IMG/VR virus record: IMGVR_UViG_3300045256_000058
Span: 82,348 to 146,347 of that record
Source: a virus
DNA length: 64,000 nucleotides
Direction: 5' to 3' (one strand)
The number at the start of each line of letters is the position of its first letter. The first letter of the stretch is position 1. Of the stretch, positions 31,827-41,615 are shown in pieces. The notes beneath the pieces are model-generated. The model did no database searches. It worked only from the letters and a program-made list of their open reading frames with translations, and was not told where the DNA came from. The position numbers and the translations under genes are program-made.

Positions 31827-32876
31827 AAGACTATAGGTACAGTACTTGGAGTCCTAGTGATGAAAAAAAGTGAATTCAAATGTCAGAATGACCTATGGTG
31901 GTATAAACCTCCCGTCAGAAGAAAGATGAAAGCTAACGCTCACAAGAGACTACGAAGAAAAACAAGCTCAATGCTTAGTCAAAACATTAAGTATAAAGAG
32001 CTTGAACGATTTGAGCCTGTAATTTTAGCTACTCGCTAGTAGCCCTGCGGAGGTCGAAATGGAAAACGGAATTGAGTATTTAGAATCTATTCCGGGATAT
32101 GAAGGATTAAAAATACCTAGATGGATAGAACACTTTGATGTTTCTAACCTTGACTGGGTTACAGACATTTTTCTTCTCGGAATGGAAGAATTAGCAGAGA
32201 ATGATGAGTACGTGGATTTATTTGATTGGCTTGGTTCAAAAATATTTCCGTATGTTGAAGAAGAGTCTCATGTTCTGGAAATTGCTTGGGGATTCGGAGT
32301 ACTAAGCTCTGTAGATGCTTCTAAGATGTACTATCAAATGCTAGATGGGGAATTAAGTGATGGAGAATGAAGAAGATTCTAAACCTCTTGTGTTGGAGGA
32401 TGTATTAGAAATAATCGTAAACCATATTGATACGTTAGAAAATTTTAAGAGTAAAGCTTTAGCTGCTGAAATTGAAGATAATGTTAATATCTGGAGTCAA
32501 GTTTACGATTTAGGTTTTCGTCTATATCGTATTGAGATTTCCCCAAGACTTAGGGCATTAGGTATCAGATTTGATTGGTATGACCCTGATACGACAGAGA
32601 AAGAGGATATTCTTGCTCTTATTAATGCACTCTCTGAGTTGAAATCAAAACTAAAGAGGTTAGTATGAGTACGTTACTTGTTCATACAGATACCGACTCT
32701 GATATGAAACTTCTAAAAAGAGTTTTAGATTCATCACATTTTCTAGAATTACTTCAAATCTATACGGATGAAGCTTATAGTAATTCAGGTGATGTAAACC
32801 TTGAGTTCGGTAGTGAAGGTAAATACGATGCACTTCACTTTTATGTTTCTCGAAAGTTAACAGAGGAAGATTTATA

Positions 32877-33533
32877 ATGACGAATCCTAATTATACGCAT
32901 ATTGCTCTTGTTCTTGACCGTAGTGGTTCAATGGGTGCAATTAAAGATGAAACTATCGGAGGAGTAAATCTATTCTTCTCTAAACAACGGGAACTTGTAA
33001 AACCTGGAACAAAGATTACTGTTACATTAAATCAATTCGATACCGAGTTTGACTCTATTTATGATTTTGTAGATATTTCTAAAGTAGAAGATAGAAACTC
33101 TAAGAACTACGAACCTAGAGCATTAACTGCTCTCTATGATGCTATTGCAAAAACAATTATTCAAGTCGGTAAAAAGCTCTCCGAATTACCTGAAACTGAT
33201 AGACCTGGCTCAGTATTAGTAGCCATTGTTACTGATGGTGAAGAAAATTCCTCCAGTGATTATAAAGACTTCAAAAAGATTGCTGAGATGATTAAGCATC
33301 AAACTGATGTCTATAACTGGGAGTTTGTATTTATTGGTTCAGATTTGAAAGGTATGGAGCAAGCTAGAGAATTGAGTGTCTCCAATCGATTGAATTATAA
33401 GGCAACTAAAGAAGGTACTTCTGATGCGTTTGCTAAAGTAGCCAGATATGCTTCTGCTTATACTATGTCAACTAGAGATGGTAGCTACGAAAAAGGTACA
33501 TTCTTTAAGGGCGACGAAGATGAGGATAAGTAA
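32877..33533 (+). CDS. Stand-alone vWA-domain protein
   Basis: 'LVLDRSGSM', 'TALYDAI', 'IVTDGEENSS', 'WEFVFIG'. Confidence 0.9.
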   Translation: MTNPNYTHIALVLDRSGSMGAIKDETIGGVNLFFSKQRELVKPGTKITVTLNQFDTEFDSIYDFVDISKVEDRNSKNYEPRALTALYDAIAKTIIQVGKKLSELPETDRPGSVLVAIVTDGEENSSSDYKDFKKIAEMIKHQTDVYNWEFVFIGSDLKGMEQARELSVSNRLNYKATKEGTSDAFAKVARYASAYTMSTRDGSYEKGTFFKGDEDEDK

Positions 33534-33818
33534 ATGTTACTCGATTATCCTGAAGATGACAAAAACAAAGATGTCATTCCTGAGTATGTAGAAGATACTA
33601 CACCAGCAGCTTTAACTCTCGAACAACAATTTCATTACACTACATTCTGTTCGACTGTAGATAAGATGAGTCGAGAGCAAGCAATTGATATGCTAAAACA
33701 AGTCCATAAGCAAATGCTTCATAAAGAGAACTTATATAAGCATTTTATTAAGTTCAATTGGGGACTTGGTGAAAACTCATTCAAACCTTCTCTTGGTGAT
33801 GCCAATGAAACCACTTAG
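33534..33818 (+). CDS. nblA: Phycobilisome degradation protein NblA
   Basis: 'LTLEQQF...F...VDKMSREQAIDMLKQVHKQMLHKENLYKHFIK' matches the NblA consensus LSLEQQF..F..V..MS.EQA...L...QMM.+EN..K. Confidence 0.9.
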   Translation: MLLDYPEDDKNKDVIPEYVEDTTPAALTLEQQFHYTTFCSTVDKMSREQAIDMLKQVHKQMLHKENLYKHFIKFNWGLGENSFKPSLGDANETT

Positions 33819-34425
33819 ATATTTACTTCCCTTATTTGTAGGGGTAACTCTTGCAGCATGTAATGGGAATCAAGCTGATACGAATGTTCAACCATATCAG
33901 ATTCCTATTTCTTCACCTAGTCCTTCCGAGACACCTTCTCCGTCTCCAAGTCCTAGTGTGTCGCCTTCTCCAGTAGTAGAGAAAACACCTGAGCCTGAAG
34001 CTTCTTCTGAATCTGTAGAAACTCCTACAGCTAAAGAAGCACCAGTAGTAAAACCTGCGACAAAAACTCCGGTAGCAAAAGCTAAACCAGTACCCGCAGT
34101 GAAAGCAAAGCCTACACCTGTTCCTACTCCTGAAATAGTTGTACCTTCTCCTCCTTCAAACGATACACCAGAGACTTCCGGTACTGATGAGGTTGGTGGT
34201 CACGAAGAAGAAGCTCCTACTTATACACCGGAAGCGGAACCCTCTGAGACACCATCTCCAAGTTCAGATGATTTTCCTACCCCAACCGAAAGTCCTCAAA
34301 CTTTTCGTCCAGGTTTTTCTTCTTCGGGTAATCCCGGTATGACTTTAACTCCCGGTAGTCCCGCAATGGGCTTAGAGCTTAAACCAGATGGAACCACAAA
34401 TCTTACGATAATATCTCCTTTTTAG
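33805..34425 (+). CDS. Pro/Ser/Thr-rich lipoprotein
   Basis: Signal peptide with lipobox 'LAAC'; low-complexity (SP)n and PVAK repeats. Confidence 0.8.
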   Translation: MKPLRYLLPLFVGVTLAACNGNQADTNVQPYQIPISSPSPSETPSPSPSPSVSPSPVVEKTPEPEASSESVETPTAKEAPVVKPATKTPVAKAKPVPAVKAKPTPVPTPEIVVPSPPSNDTPETSGTDEVGGHEEEAPTYTPEAEPSETPSPSSDDFPTPTESPQTFRPGFSSSGNPGMTLTPGSPAMGLELKPDGTTNLTIISPF

Positions 34426-34456
34426 TCGATTGGTTCATAGTTTACTCCTGTAGACA

Positions 34457-34485
34457 GGGCTTTCGTAATTGGAAGCCCATTTTTT
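34457..34485 (+). terminator. Intrinsic terminator
   Basis: GGGCTTTC/GGAAGCCC hairpin followed by T6. Confidence 0.65.
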
Positions 34486-34577
34486 GCCCCTGTAGCTCAA
34501 TGGTAGAGCGGGAAGCTTATATCTTCCGTATGCACCCGATTAGTGCGCGGTTGGCGGTTCGAGTCCGTCCAGGGGTA
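34486..34577 (+). tRNA. tRNA-Ile(TAT) with long variable arm
   Basis: GCCCCTG/CAGGGGT; GGAAG-CTTATAT-CTTCC; 25-nt variable region containing GCAC/GTGC; GGCGG-TTCGAGT-CCGTC. Confidence 0.85.
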
Positions 34578-35453
34578 TCTCTAACTACGAGGTAGTAGTA
34601 TGGACATAATGGAATTTATTGTCGAAACAATTCGGCAAGATATGAATGATATTTTAAGTGAAAGACCTACTTACGGTGATACGGAAATAGATGTAGCACA
34701 TTTAAGAGGTAAGCAAGCTGTAGCCGAAGACATTCTAGAGTTTATTAGAAAGTATGTCCCTAACTCAAGTATTAGCTGAACTAGGTTTCAAGTACGAAAA
34801 TATACTTGCAGATAAATTCAGTGATTATATTAGGTGTGTGGAAGAATTTAGATTTGCAGAGGCACTTAGCCTTTTATTTGAGGTCATAAAAAATGAAGCT
34901 AAATTACGGTGAAGTTTGTTATAAACAGACTAATTATAATGATTTACAGAATTTTCTATCTTTTCACATTGGTACTAATGTAGAAATAATGTGGAGAGGA
35001 AATGATACCGATGAAACTTACACAGTAGAAAAAGATAATCAGTTTTGGGATGAGGAAGAGTACAAAGAACTTCTAGCTAGAGAACGTATTCCAGCTAAGA
35101 GTTATGGAACGCTAACCATTCCTGAATCGGTTAACTATGAAGAATATGAAGTAGGTACTCTTCTTGAAGGTCTATGTAGAGAAGGAAAATTAGAAGAAGG
35201 TAGTTATTTAGTTACTGTAAGTTGGTAGGAGAGTACATAATGGGAATTGTTACACATGGATTGGCTCAAATTGAGTTTGAAACTTATGCTTCTCAATTTG
35301 ACCGTAGATTTGATAAGCTTATTGACCGCATTATTGAAGACTTAGTAAACAATGGTATTCCTTTTGCTGATAAAGTTACAATGCGGTCTGTTGCTTTAAG
35401 TCAAAAAGCAAGAAAAGAAAAAGACTATTTGAACACATTACATAGAGCGAGAT

Positions 35454-36080
35454 ATGAAGCTAATCGGATTCGCGGGTAATATTGAAAGTGGTAAGGATAC
35501 TGCTGCTGAATATTTCAATACAAAAGATGTAAACAATATTCATTTGAAGTTTGCAAACGGTATTCGAGATACTGTTGCCGTACTTGCGGGTATTTACAAG
35601 GACGATAAATCACACAGAAAACTATTCGATGACCGCAATTGGAAAGAAACTTATCCTCTTATGGTTATTGATGGTGTTGTGTTTACTCCGAGAGTTTTAA
35701 TGCAAAAAGTCGGCACAGATTGTATGCGTCACGGATTGCATGACAATATTTGGGTAGCAAAAGTACAAGCTGAAATTGATGTGACTCCTAAAGCTCACTT
35801 TGTTTCAGTGTCCGATGTTCGCCATCCAAATGAATACACTTGGTTACAGACCTATGATACAAGTGTTCTTGTTTATATCGATGTACCAATTGCTTCAACT
35901 GATGAACGTACACAACACAGTTCAGAAGCATATCAAGATTTCCTCAAACAGCGGGCACAAATTATTCTAGCTAATGATAAGACATCAGGTTTAGATGCTT
36001 ATGCAGAGAAGTTAGAAAAGCTGTATAAGATTATTGAGTCTGAAGAATATTTAACCACTGAGGACAAAATTTATGTTTGA
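35454..36080 (+). CDS. Deoxynucleoside monophosphate kinase (T4 gp1-like)
   Basis: 'IGFAGNIESGKDT', 'FANGIRD', 'TPRVLMQKVGTD..R', 'SDVRHPNE', 'HSSE'. Confidence 0.9.
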   Translation: MKLIGFAGNIESGKDTAAEYFNTKDVNNIHLKFANGIRDTVAVLAGIYKDDKSHRKLFDDRNWKETYPLMVIDGVVFTPRVLMQKVGTDCMRHGLHDNIWVAKVQAEIDVTPKAHFVSVSDVRHPNEYTWLQTYDTSVLVYIDVPIASTDERTQHSSEAYQDFLKQRAQIILANDKTSGLDAYAEKLEKLYKIIESEEYLTTEDKIYV

Positions 36081-36203
36081 GGTTTTGACTACCTATTTGA
36101 CGCTTCAACCTATTTACTCTGTAGATATTGAAGCAATCGGTTTGATTACACTGGGCATAGCCTGTATAGGTATTGTTCTAGCTCTTATCTTTAGTGATTA
36201 ATT

Positions 36204-36656
36204 ATGACTACTGCGGAACGTCAAAAAAGAGTTCGGATTCCAAAAGAACCAACTCGTCAATTTATTATCGAGGATATTGCACACCCCGTCATTCAGAACT
36301 TTGGTTCAGTTCCCGATGGTTCTTATGTCATTATGTATCGTGAGAAACCTCGTAAAGATGGAATTCTATTTCACGGACAAAATGAATGGGAAACTACTTA
36401 TGACTCTACGGCTCGTAAGTACAATCGTAGACTTTTAGGTTTTGTTCCTTTTATTTATCGAAAGGAAGAAACTAATCGAACAAAGATTTCTGGCATGGCT
36501 ACTAATGCTCGTAGATACTATGGAAGTATGTGGAGAGGTATTGAGAAGCTTCAATTCTACAGTAGAAGTAAGGGTTACATTCCTCCTGATACAGCGGTAA
36601 TTGTTCTCTCACCTGAAATAGTTCAAAAGCATCAGCTCGCTAGATATACATGGTAG
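36204..36656 (+). CDS. Hypothetical protein
   Basis: 150-aa ORF. Confidence 0.7.
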   Translation: MTTAERQKRVRIPKEPTRQFIIEDIAHPVIQNFGSVPDGSYVIMYREKPRKDGILFHGQNEWETTYDSTARKYNRRLLGFVPFIYRKEETNRTKISGMATNARRYYGSMWRGIEKLQFYSRSKGYIPPDTAVIVLSPEIVQKHQLARYTW

Positions 36657-36664
36657 TCTAGATA

Positions 36665-36716
36665 AGAGGGTTTCAGCAATTCAACTGCTTTTTATTGCAA
36701 AGCCAAAAAACCCTCT
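36665..36716 (+). ncRNA. CAGCAA-motif small RNA, copy 1
   Basis: AGAGGGTTT/AAACCCTCT closing helix, CAGCAA at 36674-36679, inner GCTTT/AAAGC hairpin, A-rich 3' linker. Confidence 0.7.
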
Positions 36717-37580
36717 GTAATTCTTTTGAGACATTTTCATGAAGACTAAACAACTCGACTTGGCTAAATCAGTATTCAAGTTTGAGTCATCAGATAAAAC
36801 TTCTCTAGATTATCTGGAGTTATGTTATGCGTTCTATCAAGCAGTAAGAAAACCTTATGCGCTATCGATGGAAGAATTCGCGGAGGCACTAGATTATGCA
36901 GTTCACAGACGAGACTGAAAAACGTGAATACCAACGAACAGTTGAGTTAGAAAACGTATCTACGGAAGAGTTAGTAAGATTAATGGTTAAATATACTATT
37001 GCCTTACTAAGAAACAAGGATTCGATTACTGGTCGTTTTGCTGCTGAATTAACAAATAATAAAGCAGAGCAGACTAGATTAGGTCTAATTACCGATTGCT
37101 GTATTATTCCTTACGGTAATGCAAGCGTATCGGATGTAGTTCGTTCCATGATGTCAGAAATTACTCCAGCAGTAAGTAATGACATTATCTTTCGAGATGC
37201 GATGATAGCTTTAATTATCTGGTATGAGTTGAGGCAAGTCGATGAATAGGGATATAGAATGGCGTAATTTTAGACTTGTTACGATGAAAGGCAAAGTAAA
37301 TCCACTTTATATTCATCTAACTAAATATAAAATTGAGCCAGGTCGTATCGGAATGACTGAGACTATGTTCCCAAATCGTAATGAACGAGAAAGCATAGAT
37401 ATAACGTGGTTTGGATTCAAAAATCTAAAGCATGGTTATTGGAAGTTCATTCGTGAGGGTAAAAAATATTGGCAAGGAAAGTGGGAAAGGTGGGATTGGA
37501 TTACTCCCCTTTTTAGCATCACTTTAACAGTTAGACGGGACTTATGGACAGATGGAACCTATCACTAGATGTTATAGGTA

Positions 37581-37609
37581 TTGACATTAGCTATAAGTTT
37601 CGCTAATAT
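37581..37609 (+). promoter_or_regulatory. sigma70 promoter for CAGCAA RNAs 2-3 and the DUF2828 gene
   Basis: TTGACA-17bp-TAATAT; the predicted start falls at the 5' end of RNA copy 2. Confidence 0.8.
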
Positions 37610-37615
37610 GATATA

Positions 37616-37678
37616 AGAGGAATTCAGCAATCTACTTATCCCTTTGATTCATACTCAAAAACGGAAAAAAATTCCTCT
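37616..37678 (+). ncRNA. CAGCAA-motif small RNA, copy 2
   Basis: AGAGGAATT/AATTCCTCT helix, CAGCAA at 37625-37630, inner TTTGA-TTCATAC-TCAAA anticodon-like hairpin. Confidence 0.75.
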
Positions 37679-37691
37679 GCTTAAAGATTTT

Positions 37692-37747
37692 GGGGATTCA
37701 GCAACTCACTGTATTATTTCGCCAAACTTGGAATAAAAACAATCCCC
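37692..37747 (+). ncRNA. CAGCAA-motif small RNA, copy 3
   Basis: GGGGATT/AATCCCC helix, CAGCAA at 37699-37704, inner TTATTTC/GGAATAA hairpin. Confidence 0.75.
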
Positions 37748-37779
37748 TAGTTAACCTTCATTGATTTTTGGAGTGTATT

Positions 37780-39354
37780 ATGGTCGTGTCAAAATTGAAG
37801 AATCTGAAATATTCACCAGCAGTTCCGTTTACTTACACGGAAAATGGTGCAATTACATACAAAACAACTGGAAGTGCCGTACTTGACTTATTCTCCAGAG
37901 GCGCAGCAATGCGTATGGGAGGTCGGTCTTCTGAGCGTGATATTACGGGCATATTTCGACCAGCGTTTCAAGAGAACGCAGCACTCGCTATGGCTACTCT
38001 TTTTTACATTCGAGATATTCCTCGTAAAGGAAAGGGTGGGCAAGGTGAACGTAATTTCTTTCGTCTTGCATTTACTTGGGTAGCAAATAACTATCCTGAG
38101 CTTGCAAAAGAATTACTAAAGTTTATTCCTGAGTACGGAACTTGGAAGGACGTTCTCTATGCAACTAGAGGTACTCCGGTGTATGAAAATGCACTGAGTT
38201 TAATGGGTTATCAATTAGCTGTAGATGCTCTTGCATTGTCAGAAGGTAAAACAAATATCTCTCTAGCAGCTAAATGGAGTCCAAATGAATCATCAGGAAA
38301 ACTATCTCAAAAGATGGCAGTTGAGCTTGCTACTCATTTAGGTCTTTCAATGAAAGGCTATCGCAACTTAACTAGCCCTCTGAGAAAGCATCTGAAGCTG
38401 GTAGAAACAGCTATGTCTTCTGGTAATTGGCATGAAATCGATTACGAAAAAGTGCCTTCAAGAGCTATGAAGATGTATCGTAAAGCATTTTATAAGAGAG
38501 ATGAATCAAGATTCTCTGCTTATATTGCTGCTGCGGTAATGGGTGCAAAGAAAATTAACTCTACTACTCTGTATCCATACGAAATCATTAAGGATTTAAT
38601 CCCTTATGGTAGACCGATGGCTTACGGGTCATCTACGGATGAAAAAGCTCTGGAAGCAATGTGGAATGCTTTACCTAACTATCTAGAAGGTCAAGCTCTA
38701 AATGCTTTAGTTGTAGTGGATGTGTCCGGTTCAATGGCAGGCGACCCAATGTATGTTTCGACATCATTAGGTCTATACGTCGCAGAACGTAACGAACACC
38801 CTCTATGGAAAAACCACTTCATTACCTTTTCTGCGGAGCCTAAGCTTCAAAAGATTACGGGTAAGAGCTTTAAGGATAGAGTGTCATCATTGTTTAAGAA
38901 TGCTGGTTACAACACAAATTTACAGGCTGTGTTTGACTTAATTCTTGACAAAGCAAAATCAGCCAAGCTATCTCAATCAGACTTGCCGGAAACAGTTTAT
39001 ATTGTTTCGGATATGGAATTCGACCAAATCGAAGATGGGTATGGCGGATATGGCTGGTACTCTTCGTCTTCTGCTGCATCTAAGAAAGCAAAGACTAATC
39101 TCTCTGCAATTAGAGCGAAGTTTAAGAAGGCAGGTTACGAAATGCCTAAGATTGTGTTCTGGAACGTAAGAGCAGCAAATATGCAATCTCCTGCAACCTT
39201 TAACGAGGATGGAGTTGCAATGTTCTCTGGACTGTCTCCAACTATCTTTCAAGCGGCATTGACTGGTAATTTTGACCCACTTTCAGCAATGCTGGAAACG
39301 ATTGCGTCAGAAAGATACCGTCCAATTATCGATACAACTGTGTCGAGCTTGTAG
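37780..39354 (+). CDS. DUF2828-family / Ro60(TROVE)-like protein with C-terminal vWA domain
   Basis: 'TENGA...TTGSAVLDLF', 'FYIRDI...GGQGER..FR', 'PEYGTWKD', 'LAAKW.P', 'IDYEKVPSRAM', 'LYPYEI', MIDAS 'VVDVSGSM', 'YNTNLQAVF', 'SDMEFD', 'IVFWNV'. Confidence 0.85.
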   Translation: MVVSKLKNLKYSPAVPFTYTENGAITYKTTGSAVLDLFSRGAAMRMGGRSSERDITGIFRPAFQENAALAMATLFYIRDIPRKGKGGQGERNFFRLAFTWVANNYPELAKELLKFIPEYGTWKDVLYATRGTPVYENALSLMGYQLAVDALALSEGKTNISLAAKWSPNESSGKLSQKMAVELATHLGLSMKGYRNLTSPLRKHLKLVETAMSSGNWHEIDYEKVPSRAMKMYRKAFYKRDESRFSAYIAAAVMGAKKINSTTLYPYEIIKDLIPYGRPMAYGSSTDEKALEAMWNALPNYLEGQALNALVVVDVSGSMAGDPMYVSTSLGLYVAERNEHPLWKNHFITFSAEPKLQKITGKSFKDRVSSLFKNAGYNTNLQAVFDLILDKAKSAKLSQSDLPETVYIVSDMEFDQIEDGYGGYGWYSSSSAASKKAKTNLSAIRAKFKKAGYEMPKIVFWNVRAANMQSPATFNEDGVAMFSGLSPTIFQAALTGNFDPLSAMLETIASERYRPIIDTTVSSL

Positions 39355-39386
39355 AAAAAACTAGGAGGTGAAAGTCCTCCTCTCAT

Positions 39387-39508
39387 GCGGCGTTGGTGTA
39401 ATGGTAGCATCTAACAGCAAAAACCCCTCTTAGTGTAGAGGTTCAGCAATTTAATTAGCTTATTTTCTTTGAACGAAAAAGGAGAGGGTTCGAGTCCCTC
39501 ACGCCGCT
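39387..39508 (+). ncRNA. tRNA-like RNA with an inserted CAGCAA module (Y RNA/YrlA-like candidate)
   Basis: Acceptor GCGGCGT/ACGCCGC, D-arm GTGT-AATGGTA-GCAT, ~51-nt insert with CAGCAA at 39415 and 39444, arm TTTTC-TTTGAAC-GAAAA, T-arm GAGGG-TTCGAGT-CCCTC. Confidence 0.8.
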
Positions 39509-39531
39509 TACCATTATTAAGGAGGTAATAT

Positions 39532-39945
39532 ATGGGTTATCAAACTAAGTTTTCTATTTCGATAGAACCTATGGATAAGAGTTTGGTTGCATCTCCATCA
39601 AATAAGCCACTATTGTTTGAAGAATACACTAACCCTGCCATTTATATTCCCAATCAAATCTCAGAAGCGATTGCAAAAGAAATGGGAGTGGATGATATTA
39701 GAACATACGATGACCTGCAAGATATGTTCGATAATGATTCTATGAAATGGTACTCTTACAAAAAAGATGTTGTAAAAGTGAGTGCTAAGTTTCCTGGCTG
39801 GTTAATTACAATTAGCGGAGAAGGTGAGCAAACAGAGGATGTGTGGAATACATATTTTCTTGACGGTAAGTATCAGCACGCACAGGCTGTATTTTCTATC
39901 GAACCATTTGATGAATCAAGACTTGTATCCTTGAATCGTATCTAG
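39532..39945 (+). CDS. Conserved phage hypothetical protein
   Basis: Perfect AAGGAGGT RBS; 'MGYQT.F...KWY...S.KFP...ISGEGE..D.W..YF.DGK' pattern. Confidence 0.8.
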   Translation: MGYQTKFSISIEPMDKSLVASPSNKPLLFEEYTNPAIYIPNQISEAIAKEMGVDDIRTYDDLQDMFDNDSMKWYSYKKDVVKVSAKFPGWLITISGEGEQTEDVWNTYFLDGKYQHAQAVFSIEPFDESRLVSLNRI

Positions 39946-40191
39946 TAGTAAAATATTAGATATACTTCAATTAGGTTACTCGATGAAAGTAGAACAAATT
40001 AAACGCATCTGCAAGTCTTTTGGATACAATTCAAGCTTCGTAGTTAATTATTTTCTAACTAAGAAAGACACTGAAGTACCAGTAGTTACTCAAGTATCTG
40101 GGTTAAGAAAGAAACATTGGGAGTATTTTATGAAGAATTATATTACTCCTAAGTACGGTGCAAGTTTGGATGACTAATTAGGAGTACAAAA

Positions 40192-40353
40192 ATGGCAAAT
40201 ACAATGGTAATTTCATGTTCTTGTGACCATGAATTTCAAAACAATGAATACGGAAACGGTAAGAGACTAGCCAATCTAAATGAAAAAGCTGGTAAAGCTA
40301 ACTGTACGGTATGCGGTAAGCAACACATCTACAAAACCCCAAGCACTAAGTAA
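40192..40353 (+). CDS. Small Zn-finger-like protein (53 aa)
   Basis: AGGAG RBS; MANTMVISCSCDHEFQNNEYGNGKRLAN...CTVCGK. Confidence 0.7.
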   Translation: MANTMVISCSCDHEFQNNEYGNGKRLANLNEKAGKANCTVCGKQHIYKTPSTK

Positions 40354-40552
40354 ATATGTATGGAATTGTTCCCCCAGGTCTAGAGCCTAAAGTAGAAAAC
40401 TTTTACAGAGAAGGTACAGATAAAGCTGTACTATTTGATACACTTACTGCCGCAGTAAAGTACATCGAATCTCTTCCTGTAGCTAATAAGTTTCTCTTCA
40501 AGATAGTTTACGTTTCTCTTTCAATCGAAAAAATTATTACGAGGTAATTCAA

Positions 40553-40879
40553 ATGCGTAAGTTCACTCTTCCTGCCGTAGCAGGTGTTCTCGCTCTTTCT
40601 TTGGCTGCATGTGGTCTGTCTGCTCAACAAATTCGTGCAAATGCAATTGCAAATGCTAATGATTTTGCTGGTCGTAGTCAAGGACGTTACAGTGTAGTTG
40701 ATTGTTCTGGTCGTGATTCTGATAAGGAAGGTACTCCTGGTTACGGTTATGTAACTTGTACTCTTTTAGATGCGAAGGATAACGGTAAGTCTGTAAATGC
40801 AGAATGTGGTTATCTTGAACTTGGTATTGGATGTAAGATTAAGGAAGATAAAACTCCTGTAGTCATTCAAAAATCATAG
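40553..40879 (+). CDS. Lipoprotein
   Basis: Lipobox 'LAAC' and four further Cys residues. Confidence 0.8.
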   Translation: MRKFTLPAVAGVLALSLAACGLSAQQIRANAIANANDFAGRSQGRYSVVDCSGRDSDKEGTPGYGYVTCTLLDAKDNGKSVNAECGYLELGIGCKIKEDKTPVVIQKS

Positions 40880-40888
40880 TTCAAACAG

Positions 40889-40917
40889 TTGACAACTTCA
40901 TTCTCAATTGCTAATAT
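40889..40917 (+). promoter_or_regulatory. sigma70 promoter upstream of the main tRNA region
   Basis: TTGACA-17bp-TAATAT with TGn extension. Confidence 0.8.
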
Positions 40918-40994
40918 AGTAATAAGGATGATTTAGTCATCTCCATTTTTGACCTCCGCAACTGGCTCTTAGAATCGACCCTGAGAGCCTTTTT

Positions 40995-41065
40995 ACTTCA
41001 ATGGTGTAGTGGTAGCACAGGAGATTCCAAACCTCTTAGCCTGGGTTCGATTCCTAGTTGTCGTG
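40995..41065 (+). tRNA. tRNA-Trp(CCA), acceptor stem with two mismatches
   Basis: GTGT/GCAC D-stem; GGAGA-TTCCAAA-CCTCT; CTGGG-TTCGATT-CCTAG; acceptor ACTTCAA/TTGTCGT; G73. Confidence 0.7.
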
Positions 41066-41615
41066 TTTTTTTTAAGTTCGGATAATCAATATGAAACTTA
41101 AATTTTGGTTTCATTCTCTATTTTGTGGGATTACATTTCGAGTAGGTAAATATACTTTAGGAATGTTTGGAAGTAACAAAAGAGAATATGAAAGAGGCGG
41201 TAGTACAGATTTTACATTTGATAACGGTACTACTCGTTGGGAATTATATCTTTACAATTACGGCGGTAAGCCTTGTTTAGATACGAACAGTATGCCTAGT
41301 TGGTATCACTAATGTCTAAAGAACAAAACAAAGAAGTAAAAACAACAACCCCTCCTGCTGCCCCTGTGCCCAATGTAACAGTGGTAACTGGTCAAGGACA
41401 ATCTACAAACGAGGATGAAGGTTCAACTAGAACTGTATATTGGAGTTAAAAATGGGTACAAGAGATATTCAGTTAGAAACACTAACTAAGTTGTGGCTTG
41501 AGAGAAAAAATGCGGCACTTAAATTACCGGAAAGTGAAGCAAAAATTACTCTACTTAAGCTAATTGAAGAAGAAAGAGTTTATTTAGGTATTCCAGAAGA
41601 AGCCTAAACAATCTT

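Noticed and set aside
33905-34300. Repetitive DNA in the lipoprotein gene as a repeat element
   Set aside because: It reflects Pro/Ser/Thr low-complexity coding with varied codons.
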